Below are positions 1-14,700 of a DNA stretch of 64,000 nt, in pieces (positions within the stretch are counted from its first letter, which is position 1; each line of letters starts with the position of its first letter). Both the position numbers and the translations under genes were made by a program. The stretch is from Chlorokybus atmophyticus. Taxonomy: Eukaryota > Plantae > Mesostigma and Chlorokybus algae. Location of the stretch: NCBI GenBank assembly GCA_009103225.1, contig RHPI01000777.1:151560-215559 (forward strand), read 5' to 3'. Below the pieces are notes generated by a model that made no database searches, was not told the DNA's origin, and saw only the letters and a program-made list of their open reading frames with translations.

Positions 1-60
1 TGTGCAAAAGTGGGGCATGATTGCGCCTTTTGAACACGGGTACTCCTTTCTTGCTTACAG

Positions 61-2623
61 AAAGGCCGCCTGCAAGATGATTCGGACCCTGGTTCAGCTC
101 ATGCGCACGCTGGAGGAGATTCCTGCAGATGTAAGCAGCAAGCCATGAGCTGGCATGCCGCATGTCTTATCATGGCATTGGTATCATGATGGACAGCGAC
201 AACTGTCATACTTGCCTGCGCACTTGAACGTCTATTCGCACTAAGTTACAGGCTGTCTTGTTAACATTGTAACTACGGGGGTGGTTGCAGCGTTACCTGG
301 TCATGCGCATGTTCTACTACGATGATGTCACGGTAAGACCTGCCATGTGAACACCACTGCAATGCGTTTCTGTCCTCTTGACACCAAGGCTTTTCTGCGC
401 TCGTGCAGCCTGCAGACTATGAGCCACCTTTCTTCAAGGCCGCTTCAGATGAAGACCGCAACGCCAAGTTTGCGAAACCACCACTTTCCATGAAGGTCGG
501 GAAGGTTGACAGTGGCCACTTCGCCATCGCGCTCAAGGTGCGAGTCATAGGAGTATCAGCATAGCCTGCAGGAACGGTCTCCACGCCTCCTTGGGTGGAC
601 GCACACGCATGCACCAGGCCTTTGTAACATACTACGAGGACATGTCGGGTGTAAGCAATGCCACCATACGCATTGTTGCTGATTAGTCCTTTTGCCAGGT
701 GCAAAGCGTTCTGGACCCATGTGAGGATGAACCGAACACGGCGGTCGACCCAATGGACATTGCGGGTGTGACAGACCAGAGTAATGACAACGCTTCCTCC
801 GACTCCGACGCCACAACTCAAGGTGGCAGCACGTCTCCCCAGGCGGTGACCGCTGCCGCCACATCACAAGGACAAGCTACCTCTGAGGCTGCTGCTGACA
901 TCAACGCTGAGGTACTCTCTGTTGCAAAGACTCCATGACAATATTGACTGTTTCTGTGTACCACAACGTCATTCTGTGTGCCACAATGTCGATAGAATCC
1001 TCGTGATGGTAGGCCCACGAACCCGAGAAGGATGATGTCATAACTCCAAACGTGTCCGTGCGCCGAGCCCTGTTCACAGAGAAACACTCTGAGGCCCTTG
1101 TGAAGTATGCTGCCAACCCAGAAGATCACCAGTATCTGCTTGTGAGTTGCTACACTTTTGCAAGGTTATGTGGTTGCAGATGAAGACAACGCAACATCAC
1201 ATCGCATGTATTGTCTGCAGGCTTTGCAATATACAATCAACTGCGAGAGCATCACCAGGGCAGAGCTTCAAAGCAAGCTGGGTCCGGGAGCTGATGTGCG
1301 TGCCATCCTGAAGCGCATGGAGACGGACGGTTTCGTGAGTGACGGGCGCACCGGTGGCAGAAAAGGTTGGTTGTCACTGTTGAGAGCCTCTCGATGCACT
1401 GCATGGACTCAGATGTGACAAATTATCACGTGTTGCTCGCAGGTCGAGCAGTCATCCGTGACGAGCACACACAGCAGAGGTTGCATCAGGTGAGCAGCTC
1501 GAGTAGTTGTACTGGCTTTCTGTTGTGTGTCAAGCTGTAGGAGAGCTGGTCTTAAGGTTCGTGCCTGCAGCAAGCTGTCACATTCCTTGCGCAGCTTGCA
1601 AGCAGCCTACGCCCACCATCTGTCATGCCAACAGTGCCTGGTGGCATCAAAGCATGACGAGATGTGTACGCTGACCATGCAGGTGGTGGAGTCGTTGGCG
1701 CGTTGCTCCATCAAGCAGACAGTAGCAACACGGGAGGACCAGCAGATGGCGTCCAATGCCGGAGGCGGAAAGCAGCCTATCTCCCCAGTGGTCACACATA
1801 CAACTGAAGGTGCGCACCCAAAGCATGCAACACACTCCAAGTACTTGAATGACACAGTGCCGTGGCAGCTGTGCACTTCAACACTGCAGTTACACTTGAG
1901 TATATACAAGTTTTGCTAGTGCGACGAGTAAGTCTCATTGCGCAGAACCGACTCTTCCAATGGCTGAAGAGGAAATCCGCAAACCTGTGGGCTCCACGGA
2001 TGCGGCCATGCAGTCTGCCGGTGGTTCTCTCGTCACGCGCAGCGCCCTTGGGCCAGCAGAACAAGATGGCAGCACGAAAAGACTATCAAAGAAGGCTGTG
2101 TCGAACCAGTCCGTTGCACAGCGCTCTGAGCCAGTCTCCAACAAAGGCGGGGTAAGCAGCAGGCGCAATGGCAACTACATCAAACAAACTGCATGACCGA
2201 GCGCAAAGTATAGACCAGGAGTCAACACCTGGGTTTGGTGCAGGGGAAGCCACCTAGAGCGCCTGCGAAGAGTGCAAAGTCGGATGGCACTTGGGCTGCA
2301 AAGCGTCCTTCCAGCCAGGTGTTTGACAGCCAGGACAGCCTGGTGAATCACCTCACGGGGCCGCGTAAGCTCAGCATTGTAAGCAAATCCCGCACAGACT
2401 CTTCACTGCTGTCATCTATTTCCAAGACGTTGACACATCAAGTTGACAGTTGCACTTGGCATGGCTGGCATGTCACGCATTTGTCTGCATGTACACCGAT
2501 AAACTTTTGCCATCACTTAGGCAGTGGCAGATAGTACCGTGTTGGCTGACATTTGTGTGCTCCATCCAGGTTATAGATCCCATCCACCAAACGAAGCGCA
2601 GCCGCAATTGCGGGCTTGATTAA
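61..2623 (+). CDS. ASY1: Meiotic HORMA-domain axis protein (ASY1/HOP1-like), multi-exon, 5' end outside window
   Basis: GT-AG exons 61-130 (KAACKMIRTLVQLMRTLEEIPAD), 291-332 (RYLVMRMFYYDDVT), 409-537 (PADYEPPFF...AIALK) and ~699 onward (VQSVLDPCEDE) match the plant ASY1 HORMA C-terminus. The last exons join to RKLSI|VIDPIHQTKRSR, a closure-motif-like end, with TAA at 2621-2623. Middle exons were only partly resolved. Confidence 0.9.
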
Positions 2624-3260
2624 GGTGGCCAAGCTCTGATCTGCCTTGCCTGGCGTGTTGTGCAATACAATGGTCGCATGCACGGGCAATCTGTGGAAGC
2701 AGTGCAGCTTGGTCTGCAGTGCTGCATTCTTTTTCATGCGCCATATAGAGGCTTAGGTAGCACACTTTCGCAAGCGTAAAGCATCCCAGGTGGCACTGCT
2801 GTACACTTGGGGGCTAGAATCTGCACCCCAGTCTGCAGCTTTTGCTGCTAACTGGGATGTCACAGTATGAAGGTTGTGATGTTCAATGGCGTTGGCAGTG
2901 CAACATACAAGTACATAAAGCACTACTGCTGGTCACAAGCCCTGCCAGTACCAGTCTTCGCAAGTGCTTATGCATGGGCGATTCACCCAGTCCTGCAATT
3001 GTTCTGTGATGCGCCTACTCAGCTGTCATGTGAAACTCGACAAGATGGCGCTTAAAGCAATGCTGAAACACGCTGATGCACAACGAGCATCACAGCTGTC
3101 ACAAGTACGAATGCTCAGCACACCAGGCAGAATGCACTATGTGGGCATAATCATGAGCACGAGCCATGCTGAGGAAGCCAGCGCAAGCACAGAGAGACAG
3201 GAGACAGCAGCAGCGAAGAGCAAACGAATTACACAGTTATGAGGCAGGAGTTTTCTACAA

Positions 3261-4806
<1,546 letters not shown>

Positions 4807-4929
4807 CGCGGATCCTGCTGCTCACCGTTCCCGCTCCTTCCCCACGCCGCGCTCACCTCGCTGCGGCGGTCGCCCACCCCACGGCGGCGGCGGCGGTGGC
4901 GGCCAAAGAGAACAACAACGCCGCCGCAC

Positions 4930-4945
4930 AAACCCTAAACCCTAA
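4930..4945 (-). promoter_or_regulatory. Tandem telo-box (AAACCCT-AAACCCT-AA) upstream of RPL7A, probably in a 5'UTR intron
   Basis: The sequence aaaccctaaaccctaa lies ~125 nt upstream of the RPL7A ATG, between a minus-strand GTGAGT donor (4956) and CAG acceptor (4815). Telo-boxes are established motifs near plant ribosomal-protein genes. Confidence 0.6.
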
Positions 4946-5346
4946 CGCTGACTCACCGAAGCCGTCCGATCCAAGCTCCAAAACCCACGGACACGAACAA
5001 GTGTTTTTACTACCGGAAGCTTAGTGCTTGCTAACTTCCCCACAACCATGCAAGTAACAAAGCTTCCAATCATGCTCCCCATCAATTAGACTTTGGCGCC
5101 AGGTTGAGGCGGCGGCGGCGGTGTCGTCTTAGGGTGGGGTCTACGGGCGGAGGCGGAGCTGTGATGCTGAGTTAGAGAGGGAGGATTGGCTTTGTGCGAT
5201 GCAGTGAGCGGTGTTGCCATGTGAGTTGTTGGCATGGCGTGTGCAAGGTGTGCAAGGGTTGCATGCTCTCTGCGGCCTTGCTGTCGCCTGCTAGGCTAGG
5301 ATTTGCGGGGTGTGGACAGCTGGAGTGGTAAAGACGTTGTGCAGCT

Positions 5347-7803
5347 ATGGTAGAACCGCAGGTCGCCTCGTCCCGGCCTACTGTGCGCGTGGATGCCGCG
5401 TTGTCCTCGGCCCCCATCGCCGCCGCAGACGCCGACGACGAGCACGCCTCCCTGGTCTCCACCGACCACGAAGGCCGGGACCGTCCGCCGCGAGGAGCCA
5501 ACAGAGAAGTGAAAGAGGTATGCCACTCAACATATGTGAAGTTGCTATTTTGGCCCCGTGTACCACACACCAGGCCAAGCTACTTGGCGAGCTGTCGTTG
5601 AGGCATTTGGACATGCCAAATGCCATTTGCCACTGAACTTCTCAACTTCAATGCCACATTTCCTTGTTACGCCCTGCCCAGCTATGCAATTGGAGTTTGC
5701 AGGTGCTCTGGCAGCAGTGTACGTTACTGACTGCAATCAGTCAGCGTAACCTGTCGCACAGCAATATGCTCTCCTATGTTGCCAGCATGGCACAGCAATC
5801 AATTTGGTAGTGTAATCAAAGATGTTTGAGATCAAAGCACAATTTACGCATGGAGAGTATTATACTTTGTTCACCAAGGACTCTGTCAGGAGTAGGGTAG
5901 ACGAGTGATTGCTAGAGGGTTTAGTAGAGGACAAACCGGACGCTAGCTCAAACTACCTTAGTTCACAGTTGTCGCTTGGGGCAGGGGGCAGTCATGCGTG
6001 AAGCGCAGAGCACAAAGTTGAGGCTTGGGGGGGACGTGGCGGGCTGCGTGCCGGGTGCCGCACGCCCTCAGAACAGCCACGACTACTTTGCGATCGGGCG
6101 CAGCCGCTCGTACCCCCAGCGCGCACAACCGGGGCCGCTGTCCCCTGGCAAGAGCCGGTCGACTGAGACCAGCCCTTTCTTGCGCTCTCCAGTTGCACAC
6201 TCGAGGCCTAAAAGGGTACATTTCGTTTTACAATGTCTATAGAGCAGTGCAAGAAAGCGGCCTCATCTGTGTCTTTATGCACTTTTCACAATGTCTATAT
6301 GAGAACAGTGCAAGTCAGTGAACACATCTGTGTCTTCGCTACAGTTCACTCTAGGAGGGGCAGGGTGTGTAGCAGCAGCGACTGTGTACAGGATATGCTG
6401 ACAGTAGTTGGAGACATGCATGACCTCACTCACAGCATGCCAAACAGCAACATGCAAGCACATTACAACACAGTGTGTTGCACATCACTTGTATGTTCTT
6501 TTTATCTTATTGGATGCATGAAACCTTGGTTGTTGTAGATGTGTACACAGTTAACGCAGCTGCTGCTATTATGATAGCCGATACAACAGTTCTTCATCAG
6601 CGTGCCAGTCAAGCTGTTAACACCAAGCTTGTCTATCTTTCAGGCACTGTTATCAATGCTGTCCAGCTGGGCGTCGCGCAAGTTCATGAGTGGCTGGTAC
6701 GTGTGGCACAATGCACAAATGTCTAAGTAACATGCATGTGAAAGCCTTCTGCAATGCCTTGTCTTTCCACTCACATCGGCTTGCTTGCGCAGTGCCATCT
6801 TGTTTCCACTGGCCGTCACATGCTATGTTTCATGGTGGTTTTTGACATATTTTGACAGTTTCTTCTCCCCCCTGTTCGAAGCAGTGTTTGGCTTTCACAT
6901 CTTTGGTATGTCACTTGCAAATCACCTGCAAATCAAAGTGGCTCTTGCAGTGCTTTGTAGCTTCTGTGGCCTGTCTTGTGTCGTTGTACGAGGCGCAGAC
7001 ACCCCTTTTTTTGCCAATCCTGCAGGTCTGGGCTTCCTCTCCTCCATGGCTTTCATCTTTTTCTCTGGTGTGTTCGTCTCATCATGGATCGGTGCGTGGG
7101 TACTGTCTCTGGGAGAGTGGATTATTCAACGAGTACCGCTGGTGAAGTGAGCTTGTCGTCATGAGTTGTTGCATGTTTTGGACATTGCCAGCACAAGTTC
7201 GACACTTTTGCGTGACTGTCATGGTTGTTGTTTTTGTGCGCTAGGCATGTGTACTCGGCGTCCAAGCAGATTAGCACAGCCATCTCTCCAGGTATGCATT
7301 ACTATCTGCCCTTGCACTAGCACAGGCTGACCATGTTGGTGTGTTGTATCACAGATCAAAATTCGCGAGCTTTCAAGGAGTGCGTGATCATAAAACATCC
7401 GCGAAAAGGAGAGTTTGCTTTTGGATTCATCACATCTGAGGTTTGCTTACAGGTAAGCTAGGCGTTTGGGCCTTGTGTTGTTTATGGTGTCTGGATATTG
7501 ATGGCAGAAAGTTGTGCACAGCTGGAAGAAGGGGATCTTGAGCTCTTTTCTGTGTATGTCCCAACCAACCATCTGTATGTGGGAGACGTTGTGCTGATTG
7601 CACCCAAAGACGTCATCCGGCCCAGGCTGTCCGTGCGCGAAGGCATTGGTAAGCTCTTGCATTCATGTCTTGATCCGGTAATGTTGTGCTCTTATGTGGA
7701 TGCCTATCAACCTTGGTATCCTGTCGCAGAGATTGTGGTGTCTGGCGGTATGTCCATGCCGTCACTGATAGGTCACATGCCAACCACACCCCGAGGGCCT
7801 TGA
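5347..7803 (+). CDS. COV1/LCV-like DUF502 membrane protein
   Basis: Exons 5347-5517, 6644-6696, 6793-6905, 7026-7146, 7245-7291, 7355-7452, 7522-7648 and 7730-7803 join in phase. They give WASRKFMSGCAILFPLAVT, HVYSASKQISTAISPDQN, HPRKGEFAFGFIT, VYVPTNHLYVGD and LSVREGIEIVVSGGMSMP, typical of plant COV1. Exon 1 assignment is less certain. Confidence 0.9.
6229..6345. repeat. Imperfect ~59-bp tandem duplication in COV1-like intron 1
   Basis: The motif acaatgtctat...cagtgcaag...catctgtgtctt occurs twice in tandem. Confidence 0.6.
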
Positions 7804-9779
7804 TGGTTAACTGCTGCTGCGGTTAGATGCACGCAGCGTGCACACAGAGGCTCTACTGGTAGGTTGCTCACCGCATGCATGGCACAGCTGTTCTGCCTGT
7901 GCCATGCTGCAAGCGCTGCGGAATACTGTAGAGCTGGCTTGGCATGCTCAGTGCCACTTGGTCTATCAAGTGCCACTTCCAGTTGTAGATAGACAGGTAG
8001 GGTGTTACTTGATAGCTTTATTTCTTGTTTTATCATATGGCGTTCGCACACCAAATGCTCGCACAGGGTATCCAGTCACTTACTGTGAACAGGAGCAATG
8101 CATCAGCTCACAGGCATCTGCATGCATGCCCTGCCCATCCATTGCCATTAAGCTAGCAGTCCAGATTATCCGCTAGGCCCTCAATCCATATGCTGTGCTT
8201 CCCGCTTTCCTTGTGCCTTTGATAGCATGTTCTTGGATGCCATGCTCAACAGTGCGCACACATGGCTTAATGCTTCAAATGCAGTAGAATTAGTCACACA
8301 ATCCGGCGCGGCTGAGTGCACCAGGAGGCTAGGCCAGTGGCAGCAGCGGAAGCAGCAGTACAATATACATACAGCTTATGAGATCGACGCATACAACACT
8401 GCATTGCATTCTGTGTACAGGATATGCTGCCAGTAGTTGCAGACATGTATGAGGGTGAGTGCCTGCTGCGTGATGCTGCTATGCTTGCATGTGGTGCATG
8501 ACATGATGCATGAGCCAAGACACTGCGCATTGTTTGTACACAGGGGACCGACTGCACGGAGAATGGATGAAAGAGTGTGAGCCCAGTGAGCCATTCGCAT
8601 GTGCACTCACAGCGTTGCATTCTCTGTTCACCCCTGGAGTTTTGTTTGTCAATGCATTACTGTGCATGTGTGCGCGCGCTGCGACAACCGGGGCATTGGC
8701 TGTGCGGGACGATGCAAGCTCCCACTCCACTGAGCAGACGGTTGGCTATTACCCGTGTCATGCGTTCATGCATTTATTCGCTTACTCAGTCAGTCAGTGA
8801 GTCAGTGTTTGTTTGGTTGAGGTAGTTGGTTCGTCTGTCTTCTTGCTAGCCAAGGAACTGATTGCTTGCATGTAATACACTTGTTGGTGTTGTTGTTCAT
8901 TCACTCGAGCTTTCATGCGATTGGCGATTATGAAGTACAAGCAACTGCAGGTTGTGGTTGCGGGCGGGATGGCATTGGCGACAACAGCTGCTGGTTGTCG
9001 AGCAAGCTCTGCCTGTGGTGTTGCTGTGTAGTAGGAGGCGTAGCTGCACAGCGCAGCCTGCTGCTGCTGGAAACGTGGGCATCAGAAGCGTTTTCTAGGG
9101 CTTAGCTCGCTTAGGCGATTCTTTCTCCCAAAACCCTCAGTACCACCTTGTGGTCATGCTATGGCTGGCTACAGAATGTCGCATACATTATGTATGCCTT
9201 CCGTGTCAGTCAATTCCGTGTCAGATGCAGAGACTTGTTTACCCTCACTGAACACGTCAGTCAGAACATATATAGCCGCACAAGTTCTTGTGCGGCAGCA
9301 ATGGACACGCCTTGTATGCAATGCATGCCGTTATCACAGTCGCTGCACCATTGCAACTCATGTGACGAAGCTTCCGGACTCTCAGCAAGTTTGCTTTTGC
9401 ACATGCATTCTTGAATCTCCTGGTTGGATCTCCATGACACACATGCCTGAGTTGGGAGGCAGCTTGTCAGTCAAACTTGTTTAGAGAGCTAACATGGCAG
9501 ATAGGCTTGGCATTACAGTCGCAAACAACTGCCCTTGACCCTTTTGTCCAATGCGCAGATGGCGTGCAATGGTGACTGTACGCCTGACTGGACTACACTG
9601 CCGTGTGTGTGGACTGCTTGCATCAGATTCTTCACAAATTGGTGCGAAAGAGGCTGCAAGGGCGGCTGCAGTATGCCGGTACGCAAATGATTGGTCCTAA
9701 AAAACCAATGCTGACAAAGTGTGCGTGCGTGCGTGCGTGCTGTAGCCGTGGTCAACTGATGACTGTTTGACAATTTGTA

Positions 9780-10943
9780 GCAATTGGAAGACTGCTGCGC
9801 ACGATGGCGGTTTTTGGAGGATGTTGTATCATCTGAGGTTTCCAGCGAGCAGCGGCATGGCACGCTTGCTTTGCAACAGCAGTGCTGATGGACTCAGCTG
9901 GCGCAAGCGCTACAGTTCATACACAAATGCGTGGCGGATTGGCCCTCATCTAGGCGCGTGGCACAGCGCCAACACCAATTGCAACCACGCTGTCTCCTGT
10001 CACACGCATTACCGCTGCAACCTGCCAGGCTGGTTGATGTTATTGCGCCACAAGTGGTGCTTTGCGGCACAGTCGCTGCCACTATCTACTCTCATAAAGG
10101 GGAGGTCTTGGGTTTGTATACGTATCTGCTGCATGTTTGGGACTTGAACACTGATCAGTGCAAGAGCTTTCGCTTTCACGAGGCTCAGGAGAGTTACTAC
10201 CATTACCGCTGCAATGGTGTGGGACAATGGCCTCCTTACCGTGTACGTGTTTGCAACCGGGCACTCCTGGCATTGGGATGTCTCTCGCCGCACCATCGTC
10301 ATGCGCGGCATTGTGCCCATTTGTTGTGGCAATGAGGACCGGAAGGCTTTTCATCCTGTCTACATGGACAGCAGGCGTGCGGTTGTTGTGGGTAACGACC
10401 GTCCGTACACCGTGAGGGTTCAATCAGTACCTGACTATTCAACCTTGCACGTTCATTCTATGGATGAAGGATTCGAGGTGGACAACGGGGCGGTGACAAC
10501 GGCGGATGGCGGGTCAGAGACGAAGTTGCTGCTTCACGCAATGAAGTGGGGTACTTGAGTATGAGCAGTTTGAGCTATGGTCGGTAACCACCCGCAACGG
10601 TGACATTACGACATTGCCAGGTGACCTTTATGCCGTGACCATCAGAGCCATGTTGTTGAGAGAGCAAAACTTTGCCCTGTTTTGGAGCGCTCTCGACATG
10701 CCTTCGTGTGTCGTGATGATGCACATGTACATAATGGTTTGCTATGGCAAGACCGGGAGCAGCAAGACGCAGTTTGATGCACCAGAGGCGTGGAGCTTCG
10801 TTGCTGTGGCTTCCAGCTGCGACTGGTTGATGGGTCAAGTAACGGATTCACGTGATGACGGCGCTTGGATGCTGCTGAATACAATCTCCTTCGAAGAACG
10901 TTGGCGATGCAGGAGTAACGGTGCTTACGAGTTGCGTGACTGA
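9780..10943 (+). pseudogene. F-box-like protein, fragmented across frames
   Basis: ICSNWKTAAHDGGFWRMLYHLRFP resembles the end of an F-box motif. It is followed by beta-rich segments (LLHVWDLNTDQC, VWDNGLLTVYVF) in different frames and a stop at 10556-10558 before a further segment. Introns versus frameshifts were not resolved. Confidence 0.4.
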
Positions 10944-11395
10944 AGCCTTGTTCCTTCTGGCTCGGAGTTCATGCGACATGGTTGTTGACGGTGATGACTT
11001 TCATAGCCCACATGTTGGCTTCACGCTGCACGGTCGGCATGTAGTTTTTGCCGATGCTCAGACTATCACTATATTATAGGGTTTGACCCTGTGAGTTAAG
11101 CGCAGGGCATACATCTAAGGTATTATGCAGGTAGAGTTTATATTGTTGTGAGTACCTGAAGGCAATCGTGGGCCTTGAATATATCATTGTGTCTCATTCG
11201 TGTATTGCAAGCTGACGGTGCATACGTGCTCACATGCATATACAGAAGCACTGTGCATGCACTTACGAGCAGAAGTGCACCAAGTACAGCAATATGCACT
11301 GAGCAATCACACCATGAGCTAGATTGCAGCATTGTGCCTTCATCGTGCTTTTACTAGCACACGATAAAGCGCAGCAACCAACATGCAATCACAGC

Positions 11396-11512
11396 ACTCA
11401 AACTACAGCCACTTCACCTACCATAGTTCTTATCATAGCTACGCCTATACAGTCGTGCGCTCATGGGCTGGCCTAGGGCTGTTGGTTGGGGCATCCGAGC
11501 GAGCACACACAC

Positions 11513-11599
<87 letters not shown>

Positions 11600-11637
11600 N
11601 NNNNNNNNNNNNNNNNNNNNNNNNNNNNNNNNNNNNN

Positions 11638-11731
<94 letters not shown>

Positions 11732-14700
11732 GCTCTTTGCGTCTCCCATCTGCGAGCTACAGATGTAGAGTATGCATGGTGTCAACCACACAAGGACCGC
11801 GCATGTGAAACTACTGACTGTGTCAGGTTGCTGTACCAGAGTGCCATGACGTTGCATGATCGTGGTCAGGTTCAGCACTCGTACCTCGTACTTACCTGCA
11901 GCAATGGGAGTTCCTTTGCGACCTGTACTACTACACCTAGTAGGAAATGAAGTGCCTGCTGCTCCCTGGCGTCTCCTTCAGCATGGATAACCGACTGGTC
12001 GTCTTCCTCAGCTGCAGCAAGCAGGAAGAATACTCTGTACCAGCACACATAAGAAGCTTCAGGAGCGTATGCAGCAGCAGAGCTTGCTGTGTGGCGGTGG
12101 CGGTGGCGGTGACAGGAGGGTGCGAGCTGGGGGGCGCAGGAAGTGAACTGTTACAGAGTATATACTAGGCTAGTAGCCATTGCATTGGGCAGAATGGTGA
12201 TGGTGACAGGAAAGTGGGGGGAGTGGAATGCAATAGCGCATATACCCCCTGCTTTGAATGGTCATGTCAACGCAATAGCAGTGCTTACTATGTGGCGGTG
12301 CATACGGTAGCTGGCTGCCAAGAGCTGACCAGCTGGCTGGCTGTGGCTGGGCTCCAAGAAGAGCTGCGCCATCCGCAACTGCTGACGTCCAGGTCCAAGC
12401 TGCGGCAAGCATGCGTTGTTGGTGTGTCATGTAGCATGACTCATGCTGATGTTTGTTTTTTTTTAGGGGGGCGGGGGAAGGGGGGCACCTTGCTGACTGA
12501 CTACCATCCTATACGCAGTCAGTGCATCTATATTGTGGATTGTATGGGGGTGTGACTTGCTGACTGCAGCGCTGCAGTCTCCTTCTGTGCCTTGCAGCAC
12601 ATGCTAGCAGGCAGTGGAGAACGGGATGTCAGCATGATGCATAGTAGGTCCTCCCTTACTGGTGTGAAAGTTGAAAGCAAGCCAATCAGGCACTGTGTGG
12701 CAATTCTGTAAGTAAAGATAATTATGCTTATCATAAGCAAAGCACGGTGACGCGTTGGATTTGACAACTCGGCTGCAGAACGAACAGTAATCAATACTGT
12801 CACATGCGTTGCACGCTGTCGCAGCTGTTGATACAAGTGTACCAATGTTGAATGGGTAGCTCAACAGAGTTCATGTATCGTACATGCCTTCAGGGAACCG
12901 TGCTAGTCTCCAAGAGCAGATATGCAACAGAGCCAACACCTTGCATCGTACATATAGTATCCGTCAGTTACACACACGGAGACCAACTACAAACACGGAG
13001 ACATGGCATAGCTTCTCGCTATCGGTACACACAAAAAACAGCGGAAGCTCAGCTAGGCTAGCAGCTCAGGCAGTGTGCAAGTCATGGTCAAGACAGAAAT
13101 GATAAGAGTCCAAAATTGCACGAAGCCCCCCCCCCCCCTCTCCCNNNNNNNNNNNNNNNNNNNNNNNNNNNNNNNNNNNNNNNNNNNNNNNNNNNNNNNN
13201 NNNNNNNNNNNNNNNNNNNNNNNNNNNNNNNNNNNNNNNNNNNNNNNNNNNNNNNNNNNNNNNNNNNNNNNNNNNNNNNCCACCACCACCACCACCCACC
13301 CACCACCACACACAACAGCACGTCGCTTAACCTGCACACACAACGTGGTTGCGGGCCCTTCCAAGGACGTCTTCTGACAACGCGGTCCATGAAAAGGTCA
13401 ACCACAATTGCCTGTACAAATGTCTGCAGAGGGAATGCCAGCACGCTAGTAGTTTCTACATGCTTCTAGTGACTGGAAGCATGTACTTACTTCCTGGTAT
13501 CAGGGGACCCCAATGGCTTGCAGTGGTGAGGGATGCCATGCCGCTGGACAACTGTTGGAATGTAACTTGCAAGCCGGAGGATGTGTCAGAGTCGCTCACG
13601 CTCACCTCCTTTCGACAACATGTCCCAGTACGCATTGCATGTATGTGTCTTCCAGAAGGGTTTCCAACATGGACCGGTTCAGCTCCGCCATTGGGTATGC
13701 TGCTTGGAATCTGCAGAGTTGGGGAATAATCAAAAACACTATTGGCAGCGGTGCGGGTGGCAACAAAATACCCGAAGCGGTGCGCAGCGCACTGCTTTAA
13801 GCTTGTGTCGTGCGAGTGTGCGCTGCATGCAAAGTAATGCATGTGCATTGGGCCCCATTGCAGAAGCATACCACTAGCAAAGCGAGAAAGCGAAAGAGCT
13901 GTACCGTTCAAAACTTTTGACGAAATAGGTGACGTTGAAGCGCCCTGTTTGGTGTCAAACGGGCGACAAGCGTGTGTTGCTGGTACATGTGATTGCACCA
14001 TATACTCAGAAGCAATAGTAGTAGTATCAGAGCGCAGGCTGCTGGCATAATGATATCCGAAGGTTCGGCAAACCAACAAGACGTGTTTGCCCTGTGTTTC
14101 AAGGCGCTGAACACTCTTGCACCGTACAGGTGCCGCCTGTTGCTGTCGTTGACGCCATTGTTGCTGCTTGCTTTCAGCGGCAACTTGGCGATGATGCTGA
14201 GTGGGGCGCCTGCTTCTGCTGCTGCTGGCCAGCTGTACATATCATAGCTCACGCGTTGTTCCTGCAGAGAGTTGCTCAAGTTTCTGTAGCCATTGAACGC
14301 GTGTGCATGCCTGCGCTGTGCGCGTGCCTGTGTGTATGTTTTCAAGTAGTTCTGTCAATATGGCGTGGGGGCGAAAGAGGGGAGGGGGAGGAGGACGCAC
14401 ACATGCGCGCGTCACGTGGCGTGAGAAGCGCGCACATAGGGTGTGCAACATCGATATCATTGGTATACGCGTGTGCAGTCATGTGCAGACAACACCCAGA
14501 ATAAAATAAGCACGAATGTGCCTCTGGCTAACGGTACACTAAGTGTAGCTGGTGTTTGTTGCAGCAATCTGCAACATTCATTGTGCAAATCCACATTGCG
14601 TGGCACTGACGTTTACACCGAAAGGAGGGCAGTAAGCCGCTTTGTACATGTTGAACATGTACAAGGGAGCGCATAATGCATGCTGAGCAGCTGGGCACAC

